In this document: piece after piece, positions 9,304 through 20,981 of the stretch
Numbering within the stretch: position 1 is the first letter of the stretch
Layout of the letters: every line of letters starts with the position of its first letter
Source: Octopus bimaculoides
Taxonomy: Eukaryota
Assembly: GCF_001194135.2 (NCBI RefSeq)
Contig: NC_068981.1
Span: forward strand, 92,467,347 to 92,503,154
Direction of reading: 5' to 3'
DNA: 35,808 bases
Position numbers and translations under genes: made by a program
The notes under the pieces: generated by a model
Told to the model about the DNA's origin: nothing
The model's database searches: none
Seen by the model: the letters and a program-made list of their open reading frames with translations, nothing else

Positions 9304-11869
9304 NNNNNNNNNNNNNNNNNNNNNNNNNNNNNNNNNNNNNNNNNNNNNNNNNNNNNNNNNNNNNNNNNNNNNNNNNNNNNNNNNNNNNNNNNNNNNNNNN
9401 NNNNNNNNNNNNNNNNNNNNNNNNNNNNNNNNNNNNNNNNNNNNNNNNNNNNNNNNNNNNNNNNNNNNNNNNNNNNNNNNNNNNNNNNNNATATATATAT
9501 ATATATATATATATATACGTATGTATGTAGGTATGTATGTAGATATTCTGAGAGACTACACGATATGTTACTAAGAGATCATTTCAAATCAGTTATGGTA
9601 TATTTGGAACTATGAAAGTTCATTTTTGCTATTTGCATGTTATTTTACATTAGATATTTTTTATGCTATCTCATATTACTCTTTATGGAATATAATGAAA
9701 TCGAATGTAATACATCGTTACTCTTTTATGTGTGACCATCTTTCCGCCATATATTAATAAAATCATTCAGTTATATTACAATTTGAAACAACTTGTTTAT
9801 TATTCGGTCTCCGCAATTTAATATAATAGAACGAAAGAAAAATGCAAAAATAAAAAAAAAGCAATTATTTATTGCAACACTGGACAAACAATTATTGGTG
9901 AGTTATACGACAAAATAGACAATAAAACAACAAAATAATCAATTATATATATTGACAAAGTTGATTTCTTATTTCTCTTTCAAAAAATAGATTGCGTAAC
10001 TTTGAGTACTCTTACAGATAAAGCGAATCGGTGCCATGGAAAGTTCAGTATTTTTTGTTTTTATTAACACATAATTAATTACAAGTGCAACATAAAATCT
10101 TGAAATACGTAGACAATAATGAAAACAAAATGAATTCAATAACTCCAGCTTTAGGAAATTAATCATTGGTTTACGAGACACGATATGGCTGCAGTGTCTT
10201 TTCCGATTAAAAAAAAGCCAATCTATTCGGGCAGTCATCTCCTACCTTCAGATCAAAATGCAAAATAGACAACAGTCCATAAATCTAGGAACGTTACGTA
10301 GTTCAACGTTCCATAAGCAACGAGGTATCTGGGTGATCCAATTTGTTACGCTACAATATTCCTCAATTACAATATATTTCAATGCTTTCTGTGGTCAATT
10401 CGTAAATGGGTAACTTTAATTAGTCTTATGCTCAAATCGTTTTCAGTAAATAATCACTCTACATATGGAAAACCATAAAACTACTTTATACAGTGTATTG
10501 TTTTCTTTAACATTGCAGGATATAATTTGACGGAAATATTAATGTCTTTTTTGCAAACAGTTGTAATACGACGCCCGAGTTTTCCTAATTAGCCCATGAG
10601 TGCGTTAGTTATCTTTACTATGACTCAAGAAAAGTGATGCAGATCTATAAAGATGGATTTCACAAATTGGATCACTTTCTAAGTAATACATGAGTTAGTA
10701 TAAAAATTACAGGGTTGAAAGTGATGGAAAAAATTGATCAGTATGGTAAAATTATGATTAAATATATATCATTTATATAGAGACAGTGCAGATAGTACTG
10801 GCCAGAAATAATACGGTTTTCATTGATGAGTACAAGTCCAACAATAGGATACACTAGTGTATATAACCGTTCACTAGTCTCATCATTTGTTATTATTTGT
10901 TGGCCCCCATAACCCAAAATATTCGTGTCAATAAATTTATCTCCCAGGATGAAATGTACTGAATAATGCAACATTTCCATATTCCATTCTTTATAGCGAA
11001 AAATTTCTTTATATGTAACAAATCATGATTTGGTTCAACTTAATGCATATAGCGGAATATATACTCCGTCGAATGCGTACGATTATACTAATTATTTGTA
11101 GAAAAGGAATTCACTTTGATGCATGTGTATGTAAAATTTTCGTTCATTTATTCCAGTGAAATATGTAGTTGCAAAATACAGAGGAGGCAATTTCCATGTT
11201 ATTGTTGATTTTCCTTATTTCAAAGTAAAATAAGAGGAGCAGTATAGTGACGGCTGGAATGCATAACGTTATTTGCATTTAACACTTTATTTTCAGAACG
11301 AAAAACGCCTAATGTCTATCTTGAAAAAAAATAGAACTATTCAATCTATTGCCTTTATCAAAATAATCCAAATAAAATTTCGCTTCACATACGCTGACTT
11401 TTAACTGGTAAGAGTTATTGCTTGTTTTGCATTTAGCTAGTCATTCTCTTAACAATAAATTTCTGAGTGCGGTGATGGATTTACTAGAGCGAGCTAAACA
11501 TTTCCCACGCAGAAAATTTCTCATGCGGGGATTGTAATCTGTATAATAGATAAAATGTTTTCCGTCGGCATTCTACACAAAACCTTTTCTATTTTTATCT
11601 GTACAGCTGCAGATATGTCATATTCATATATTCCAGTCCCTTATGAATAACATGAGTAAGAAGTACATTTGTAATTAGCAAATTTAGTCTTCATACGAGC
11701 AGCACAAGAGAAAAAACTGAAAGAAGTAAACTAATATAATGATTTCCGTCTGCATAATTATCTCTAAAAAGGCTTTAGACTTGTGTGTATTAAATATGTT
11801 AAAATTCAATTAATCTAAGACATTGTTAACTATTTTCTAAACAATCGTGTCATTCCTTACTGAATGTAA

Positions 11870-13313
11870 AATGAGATTACGTGATGTTCATAGATGTACA
11901 AACCCAAATAGATGATCGTGCTATTTCTTTAATTCACCATTCTTTAGTCGTCAAAGATAGGAGTTGTCTTGTTAATACACACACGTATATCTGTCATGTA
12001 AACATGATAATTCCCTATCAGGCCTGTTTATTGCAAACACCGTATATTTTGTTCCATTGAGATGTCTGGTCTAGTGGCATCTAACTGAAATAGTGCGGAA
12101 CTAATAATAACCATAGACCACCCTCTGAAAATTCCTTCTCTACCTCCATGTGATGCATGCAGTTATGAGTGAGTAATTATTTAAGAAGAGTTTCAAGCTC
12201 GTCCATATCTACGATTTGAAAGTCAATGTGTATAAAATTTTCATCAAACACGGAAACATTTTTCGTTTGTTGTTTTGTTTTTTCGAGAAACAAATTATAT
12301 GAGACTAGTATATAAATGCAAACAGTTCCATAAGCTCACCACCTGAATGAAGAGAATAATATGCTTAAATATCAACATAAGGATTATTTTGCTTTCAAAA
12401 TTACCTCATAGATTTAAACAGCTGTATGTGCTAATTTTCAAGGAGCCGTTTGGTGTGTTCCAAAAACAGTGTTATGTTTTTCATAGATTGCACATGCTAG
12501 CAATATCAAGGAATCAAGTTTCAGAAAGATCACAAATAGTTTTAAAAATGGACTTTATAAAATTAAAGTGACGTTACCATTTCACTTGTAATTTAATACT
12601 TAGTACAAATGAAACTTTTGTAACAGAAAATCAATAAGAGAGGGGGGAAAAAGAATTTGAAACTTGGCAGTCTAATGATGACAGAAATGAAATAGAAACT
12701 CGTAGAACAGTATGAGGAATATGTCAAATCTTACTGATATATAGTCTAAGCTGGAGGACGACTAGGAGAAAAACACAAGAGAAATTCTGGAAATTTCTTA
12801 AAACAATTCTTAGATAAAAGATTTTAAAATTATTTCATCGCCTTATGTAACGTTGATCGGTAAAATTTCGAACGTGATATCAATATAAAGAGTTTCTAAA
12901 TGGAAATGGAATCACTATTGCCTAAAATATTTATTACAGCTAGTAAAGAATTTTATGAATATTTTTATAAACCGACAATTCTGTTCGTAAAATTCTAATA
13001 TCTCCTTAGTTATAACAAAGGATATAGACACTATACACACAAACACACGTTCACACACATGCACACACACAAAATACACACGCACATACATAAACACACA
13101 TGCACACACATATATAAACATGCACACACATACACTCACGCACACGCAAATGAACCCACACATACCTCCCATACACACAACACACATACATACACGCACA
13201 CAATTATACATACATGGACACACACACACGCGCACGTACACGCCCGTACCGTACATTTACTCCACAGACAAAACTCCACACACAACTTTACGCATGTACA
13301 CATACAAACACGT

Positions 13314-13345
<32 letters not shown>

Positions 13346-13428
13346 ACACACACTGCACACAGAACACGCACACAACATATACAATGAGATTACGTGATGT
13401 TTATAGACGTACAAACTCAAATAGATGA
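11870..13428 (+). repeat. 46-bp direct repeat at 11870-11915 and 13383-13428
   Basis: aatgagattacgtgatgtt(c/t)ataga(t/c)gtacaaac(c/t)caaatagatga; 3 mismatches. Confidence 0.9.
13030..13380. repeat. Degenerate (CA)-rich low-complexity tract
   Basis: Direct reading; source of the His/Thr and Cys/Val ORFs. Confidence 0.95.
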
Positions 13429-14160
13429 CTGAGACAAATGAAAGAATANNNNNNNNNNNNNNNNNNNNNNNNNNNNNNNNNNNNNNNNNNNNNNNNNNNN
13501 NNNNNNNNNNNNNNNNNNNNNNNNNNNNNNNNNNNNNNNNNNNNNNNNNNNNNNNNNNNNNNNNNNNNNNNNNNNNNNNNNNNNNNNNNNNNNNNNNNNN
13601 NNNNNNNNNNNNNNNNNNNNNNNNNNNNNNNNNNNNNNNNNNNNNNNNNNNNNNNNNNNNNNNNNNNNNNNNNNNNNNNNNNNNNNNNNNNNNNNNNNNN
13701 NNNNNNNNNNNNNNNNNNNNNNNNNNNNNNNNNNNNNNNNNNNNNNNNNNNNNNNNNNNNNNNNNNNNNNNNNNNNNNNNNNNNNNNNNNNNNNNNNNNN
13801 NNNNNNNNNNNNNNNNNNNNNNNNNNNNNNNNNNNNNNNNNNNNNNNNNNNNNNNNNNNNNNNNNNNNNNNNNNNNNNNNNNNNNNNNNNNNNNNNNNNN
13901 NNNNNNNNNNNNNNNNNNNNNNNNNNNNNNNNNNNNNNNNNNNNNNNNNNNNNNNNNNNNNNNNNNNNNNNNNNNNNNNNNNNNNNNNNNNNNNNNNNNN
14001 NNNNNNNNNNNNNNNNNNNNNNNNNNNNNNNNNNNNNNNNNNNNNNNNNNNNNNNNNNNNNNNNNNNNNNNNNNNNNNNNNNNNNNNNNNNNNNNNNNNN
14101 NNNNNNNNNNNNNNNNNNNNNNNNNNNNNNNNNNNNNNNNNNNNNNGTGTGTGTGTGTGT

Positions 14161-14196
<36 letters not shown>

Positions 14197-16422
14197 ATGT
14201 ATATATGAGCCATTAATGATGAAGTTATCAAATGATTAGAGTTATCGATATAATTTTATTGCCGACCATAAATTTTATATTAATTAACGACGGATTATCA
14301 AAATGAAATCGACATCTACCCGTTTATTGGTGATTTGTTTTCGTTTAATTCTTCCCTGCTGATCTTGGAATCACATGCCTATGTTTGAGCCTATAGTTAT
14401 AGAATTATTTTGGACGCAGAGCAATAGTAATGATTTCCTTTTTTTTTCCTTTTACGTTTGTCTAGTGCATATATGTATGAATCTAGTTGATATTTTCAGG
14501 CTGACATTAATACTGCAAGGTCAATACTGCATGGCGTATGTGAATACAATATAATTTACATGCGTATGCACATTAAATATTCATGAAGTAAGTAAATAAT
14601 CATATTCATAATCAGTAATAATTCGGAAAGGCTTTTATGTTACACAAGAAGATATAACCAACAAAGTAAAATCTATATTTTTGCCGTATCCATTCACCTC
14701 CACTTTTTGTCACTACCACTATTTCCTTTTGTCTGACGTCAAATATTATTTATTATGCATTAATTATTCACGTAAAATCAAACGCTGCTTTCAATATAAG
14801 TGAAACATAAATGACAAAGATTTATGTCAAGAAACTCTGTCTCTAACGGCTAATATAAACATATACGCAAAAATTACATTATGGTTACCGCTGCATATTT
14901 TACAATAGCACATTATCTTCAAAGGAAAACAATTTCCTAATTTCTGTAAATAATTCTCAAAAGTGTATGAATATTTCATATAACATACAAAATTATGTAG
15001 TATTCATTACAATATTTTTGATATTTGCTAATCAGAGAATTTAAATTATATTTCCGAATTCATTTTAGACTACTATGATGTTCGAATCATTTACCTTCAA
15101 TTTTATATAAGATGCAATGTTAGACATTTCAAAATGAATCTATTTAAGGCTAAGAATAATTAAATGACTTTTACTCCTGAAATATCCGATGCAGCCTAAT
15201 GCGTATTGTAAACCAACGTCTGTTGCAACCAAATCTAAACTTCTAGAGTCCATCGTCATCCATATCAGCATTTGCCTGTACCCACAGATATCATGTGACA
15301 TCATTTGAACAACTAGGTCAATAATTAATGCAATACGTCATATATTAATATTTAGAGGACTATAGTGCTATTTATATACTTAATCTTTACTGTCAAGATC
15401 CATACATCTTGATTGTGCTCTATCGGTCAACGCTATGGGATTCTATTAAAATTATTGTAGTTTAAGGAACAAATGCCACCATTAACGAAGTTTAAAATGC
15501 TAAATTACGACCAATTCATTCCTGCTTACAAAATGCAGACAAGTAAAAAGATGCCAGCATGTGAACGATGAGGAGCCTGAATGTATACATTTTTCAAAAT
15601 GAATATGAGTAAAGTTTTAAAAATTACATGATTAATTCCTAATTCGTGCCTTGTGAAATCCCTTAATGTATTCTACGTTTGAGTCAAGATTGAGTTTTCC
15701 AACCACCTTAATATGTTGCAGACATGTTATATTCACAGAAGTTGGGATAGGGATCCCTCTTGCGCTTTTTGTTTTTTTTTTACTTTGGACATATATAGAT
15801 TAGTTAAATATATACATGAGTCTTTCAGTGTTTCTTGAACGTAATACCAGCATTCTACCGAGGATTTTTCTTGGTTTCTGGACCAATATATCACACAACT
15901 AGCCAAACATGGCTTAAAAGTAAAACCACTAACTAAAATCTTAGCTCATCTAAAGCCGGACAGAATGTTAGAAGTGAAACTAGTAGTCGCTTGGAGGAAT
16001 TACTTTCTGATAGCCACGGAATGCCAGAAATCCTCGATCTCTTAACCTCACAGAGAAATACAAAAATGACACAAATTAACCGAGTGTCATTTTTGTGCAT
16101 GAGAAATAACTTCTTCATGGCGTTCAATTCGAATGGGTGATGTTAGCGGAACAGCAATTGATGAACACACTACGATCAATGAACTTTTAAGGAAAACGTT
16201 TGTTGACAAATCCAATGTTTGCTTTAAGGTCAGTCCCATCGCGCACAACCATCAGGTATCTTACCATGTATGCTACAGCATGGCCTAATTAGATATGCAT
16301 CGGGTAAAAATCTCTTTTCTAATACACGGCCTCTTCATCATTAAATAATGTAGTCGCTGTTTAGTGTTATCATTTTTATTTCAAATCTATAATGATGACA
16401 TTATAGAAGCGACGAGGCTACT

Positions 16423-16513
16423 ATGGGAAAGTAATTGAAAGATATGGGAATTAGTTGAAAGATATGGGAATGTAGTTGAAAGATATGGGAAATTAGTTGA
16501 AAGATATGTGAAG
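16423..16513. repeat. Minisatellite, ~20-21-bp unit, ~4 copies
   Basis: atgggaattagttgaaagat repeated. Confidence 0.95.
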
Positions 16514-16742
16514 CGCGTACATGTCAGTTTTCGTAAGAAAATTGTTCTCTGGTTATTAGCTTAACCACGGTGTATTACCTAGTTCGATGCTGGAGACGTG
16601 CCTTTTATGCATGTGCTATTCCGGTAGATCGAATACGCGGATAAAGTTAACGCATGTATGCAACTAATAGAAGGTTTCGAAAGGAATGCAATTAATAAGA
16701 TGTTTCGAAAAAATGCCGTGCGCTGCCATGCAGTTACTCTAA

Positions 16743-17000
16743 AAAAGGTAAAGTTACCTTGCCGAGTCATACCGATTCATAAGGGCCGGTTTCCCAGTTT
16801 CATGGCGTATACATTCCCCACCTGGACCGAAAGCCACTCCGTCGCAGGATTACTCATTTTGCAAGCTGAGTAGACTGGAGCAACGTGAAATGAAGTGTTT
16901 TGCTCAAGAGCACAATGCGAAATCTGGTTCAGGAATTGAAACCACAATCTCATGATCATGAGTCCAGCATCCTAATCACTACTCTACACAACTTCACATG
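16743..17000 (-). mobile_element. tRNA-derived SINE (family B), aged
   Basis: Reverse complement has a tRNA-like head (agtgattaggatgctggactcatgatc..ggtttcaattcctgaacc) followed by ttgagcaaaacacttcatttcacgttgctccagtctactcagct. Confidence 0.8.
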
Positions 17001-17099
17001 CCGTTACTGTCGCGGATGGTGTTTCTAAGAAATAAAATATTGTAATCAAAACTCTTGACTATATCACGGATTTCAAGAGACATGATTATAGTGATATCA

Positions 17100-17430
17100 C
17101 AGCCCAGAATAGTTAATCTGCTTTCAATGTTCATTGTGTCACGCGTTGGTTTTGGACGACACTCTCAAGAACAGCCTTCATCATTTCTCTGACTCTGCAA
17201 TTGCGCATCAAATGTTTTCCAGAGAATTCGCAATATCAGCAGGTACGCGTACACACTCCTGCTGTAAATGACTCAATTTGAAACAGTGGGAGCAGATAAA
17301 ATATTAAATCTCCAGCAAGTCCATCATAAAAGGTTTTCATCCATGCAAAGATAATTGGAGCGAGCTGTAAACCGGCTTCAACGCCTCCGCTGTGCATAGG
17401 AATTAGTTTGAGACTGATTCTTTGTGAAGA
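17100..17430 (-). mobile_element. Very decayed Tc1/mariner transposase C-terminus
   Basis: Minus fragments ARSNYLCMD..L*W.., LQQECVRVPAD..NSLEN and NDEG.LESVVQ loosely follow WPARSPDL..D.FLWG...I..EI..IP....N...G.HLE.V. Weak. Confidence 0.3.
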
Positions 17431-17456
17431 TTTGAGTGTCATTGAGCTACATTTTC

Positions 17457-17677
17457 AATTTCCTTATTGCCCATAAGCGGCTAAACATAGAGGGTACAAA
17501 CAAAGGGGTTAAGTCGATTACATCGACCCCAGTGCGTAACTGGTACTTAATTTATCGACCCCGAAAGGATGAAAGGCAAAGTCGACCTCGGCGGAATTTG
17601 AACTCAGAACGTAACGGCAGATGAAATACCGCTAAGCGTTTCGTCCGTTGTGCTAACGTTTCTGCCAGCTCGCCGCC
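17457..17677 (-). mobile_element. Young full-length tRNA-derived SINE (family C) with 16-bp TSD
   Basis: Minus starts ggcggcgagctggcagaaacgttagc; B box gttcaaattcc. Exact attgagctacattttc at 17441-17456 and 17678-17693. Confidence 0.95.
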
Positions 17678-18879
17678 ATTGAGCTACATTTTCGCCCATC
17701 TCCTTTAACATTTATTTCAGATATACACATTTTCCGTCTGCTTCCTTCCTGGAAAATGGTAAAGTATATACATGAATTGTCAAACACCTTTATTGAATTA
17801 AATGTAATTAAGAAATTTTTGGCATAAAATAATTAGAGATGCTTGCAGAAAAGGAAAGTATTAATAGTATGTGTTTCTTCTACTTTAGTCTTATGAAACA
17901 TTTACGCTTATTAAAATTATATGTTTCATGACTTACAGACATTTTTATCACATAATCAAATAAAAAGAAATAATTTGCAACTTCTGATTCTACCCTTTGA
18001 AATAGAGTTCGAAAACTTTGCAGAATATCAGAAGTACAACATTAACTTTGTAAGATCAAAAACTGTTTACACAATAGTATATCTTATGAAGTAAATGAAT
18101 GTATGGAAATGTTGATGCTGGAATCTTGTTAACCTTCGTAACGGAAAACTATCTGTACCTCCTGTTGATTTTGGAATGAACGGATGGTTAATAAGACAAA
18201 TAACATTTTCACATGGTAAAACTACTTCGAAAGAATCGGTATCTAGACTTGTTTAAATCTTTAGATATTAAATTTGGATAATCTCCAAAATGAAATAGAT
18301 TTTGAATGTATGGGTTATGAAAGAGAACTACGAAACCTAGACAGAATATATCATCTACTGCCATTAACTATATTTACTAATGTTTATTTACTTAGTTAAG
18401 CGCATATATATATATATATANNNNNNNNNNNNNNNNNNNNNNNNNNNNNNNNTTTAACAATTCCTTCAAAGAAACATATGTATACACAAACATACTAAAC
18501 AAAAAGAACGAGTTATTCAGTGAAGATTTCCGGAAAATAACGTTTAATTCAACTGAAACTGATCTTTTAATTGGGGCAGGAAAAAGAGAACAGTCCATCT
18601 AGCGTCGCTTTTATGGAAATTCGAAGACAAGATCCAGGTAATATTAAGAAAACAGACATTAATCTTTCCCAGTTCATTTATATGTTTGGAGGAAAACATT
18701 GACTTCTGTCGGTAGATAAAGGGCAGCGATAGACATGTTTATGCTTCTTAGGCGGTCATCACCTTAGCAATATGCTCTCGAAACTAATTTGTCAGTGGAC
18801 GAAAAGCTTTGACCTTAGGATACGTGAGAAAGAAAAGTGAGTAACGCAACGTAGAAGTACGGATATCTTTTAATGTATT

Positions 18880-19381
18880 TGACCCGTCTCAGCTATTAGA
18901 TTGCAGCCGTGCTGAGGCAAAAATTTGAAGAATTTTCCTTAAACGAATCGACACAAGTACATTATATTTTAAAACCTGCTAATTTTTCTATCGCTCTCAT
19001 TTAAAGAACCGCCATGTTACGGGTATCTAAGCGCACCAACACCGTTTGTCAAGCAATAGTGGAGAACAAACATAGACACAAACACATCCAGGTAAATACA
19101 CACACAGACACAGAAAAACACACACACACATACATACATACGTACATACATACATACATACATACGCACACACACACACATATACGTATGTTTGTATGTA
19201 TGTATGTATGTATGTATTCGATGGGATTCTTTCAGTTTCTATCTACAGAAGCCACTCACAAGTCGTTGGTCGATCCGTAGCTAAAAAGAAAAAAAATTAC
19301 CCATGCTGCCAAGCAGTGAAACTGAACACAAAACTATGCAATTATGAAGCAAATTTCTTGCGACACAGTTACGCCTGTGCC
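18880..19381 (-). mobile_element. Aged family A SINE with expanded internal microsatellite
   Basis: Diverged match to 26040-26421 (cagctattagattgcagccgtgctg...gatgggattctttcagtttctatctac...acagttacgcctgtgcc). Confidence 0.8.
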
Positions 19382-19611
19382 ATGAATCAAGTTTTCATAG
19401 GTATATGGACTCTCTCAACGAGGAGAAAATGAAACAACATAAAAGACTGGTGTTAATTATAACACAAATACAAGAAAAGAAAATAATGCTTTATACTATA
19501 GACGGAAAGGCGCGAAATTTTGGGGAGGAGGAAGTCGATTACAGCGACATCTCTGCTCTAATGGTATTTATTTTTCTGAATCCGAAATAATGAACGTCAA
19601 AATCAAACTCG

Positions 19612-19685
19612 GTGCAATTTTAGATCAGAACGTAAAGGCGTACGAAATGCCGCTAAGCAGTTTTCCGGCATGCTGGCTGACCTCC
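19612..19685 (-). mobile_element. Family C SINE head relic
   Basis: cagaacgtaaagg...gaaatgccgctaagc resembles 17606-17640. Confidence 0.6.
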
Positions 19686-19810
19686 TTAACGTGGCAATAT
19701 AATAATGAAATTTTAATTACGCTCTCATGCGCGCACACACACACGCACACACATACACACATACACACACACACACACACAGACACACACACACACACAC
19801 ACATACACAA

Positions 19811-19841
<31 letters not shown>

Positions 19842-20117
19842 CGTGTATATTATCCGTTAAAAAGACACTAAAAAGTCATACGCAAACGGAAGCGAATATA
19901 TTTATGGAATATCATGACATAACATTACGTATGTTCGCAACGTCGGGTGATTAATCGTGAAGAAATTCACATGAAACAGTGTGAAAATTACTGATAAGTT
20001 CCCGTGTATGAATTATGGGACGCCAGAACTTCTTAAACATATTAATGAAAGAGCAATCAAATGGTATTGCTTTTCTTTTATATTACTATTCATTACTCGA
20101 TGTTGTTTTCCGCTAGT

Positions 20118-20981
20118 TTTGAGTGGTACCAAAACGTTACCAGACGCGTTATGTTTAATACAAAATTACTTAGTTAGTTATGTTGTAACATCATCTCCTT
20201 CGAAATTGTCACCTTCTGCAGCAATACACCGATGCCAGCGGTCCTGCTAATTTGGAATCCGGACTGAAAGTCATTTTCCGTAAGCGAGTCGAGGACGTTC
20301 TGTGTTTCGGTCTTTATCTTGACAATGGTGTTAAAACGGCACCTTTCAGAGGCATTTTCATATTGAGGATGGAAGACTGCAGGGGCTAAATCTGGCGAAT
20401 AGGGTGGGTAAGGAATCTCGGTGACAAGGTGCATTGTCGCTAGAAAGAATCCAATTCTTCGCGCTTCATGGAATTTGTGGCTTTTACCGAATGACCTCCC
20501 TCAAACGCATCAAAGCATCATTGGTGATCCTCCGATGATCCTTATATGTAAGCTGATGAACTGTCTCCACATTTCGGGGGTGACACCGGTGTCAGTTCTT
20601 CCAGATAGCTTATCATTTTCCATATACGTTATTCCGCTTTTAAAGCGACCGTGCCACTCGAAACATTGCGTCCGACCCATTGCTTCGACGCCGTAAGCTT
20701 GCTGAAGCATGCTCAATGTCTCTGTCGCAGAGGTCCCAATTTTAACACAAAGTTTTACGTTGCCACTTTGTTCCAACTTCCTGTCCATGACAAAATCGCA
20801 GACTACAGCATACTCGTGATTACATAAACACAAATTTCACAACTTGTGTAATAAACACAGTAATGCCACTCGGCACACTGCCTCATGTGCGTCACTGCTA
20901 GTTCTGACTGCACGCAACCGTGTGCTACTATCTGTTGTGCACTACAGAACTAGTCCGGGAAAGTTCTGACACCGCCACGTA
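20118..20981 (-). mobile_element. Internally deleted mariner element
   Basis: HTH region MDRKLEQSGNVKLCVKIGTSATETLSMLQQAYG...CFEWHGRFKSG and C-terminal HLVTEIPYPPYSPDLAP...RF.TI..IK.ET (YSPDL motif). 5' TIR tacgtggcggtgtcagaactttcccggactag ending at 20981; degenerate partner near 20118-20148 (17/25 identity). Confidence 0.92.

Noticed and set aside
10738-10980. 80-aa minus ORF (MEMLHYSVHF...)
   Set aside because: No recognisable motif or splice context; the length is attainable by chance.
11484-11530. Hairpin plus CTAG on minus as a Helitron 3' end
   Set aside because: Spacing (16 nt) is longer than typical, the stem is imperfect and no 5' TC end or Rep/helicase remnant was found.
12915-13428. 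His/Thr- and Cys/Val-rich ORFs (also near 19.7, 27.5, 31.8 and 34.5 kb)
   Set aside because: Reading frames of CA/GT tracts, not metal-binding proteins.
3019-14231. Long ORFs containing X runs (1630-2106, 3019-3880, 9200-9615, 13401-14231)
   Set aside because: Open only because they cross N gaps.
16423-16513. CRISPR-like regular repeats
   Set aside because: No unique spacers; a plain tandem minisatellite in a eukaryotic context.
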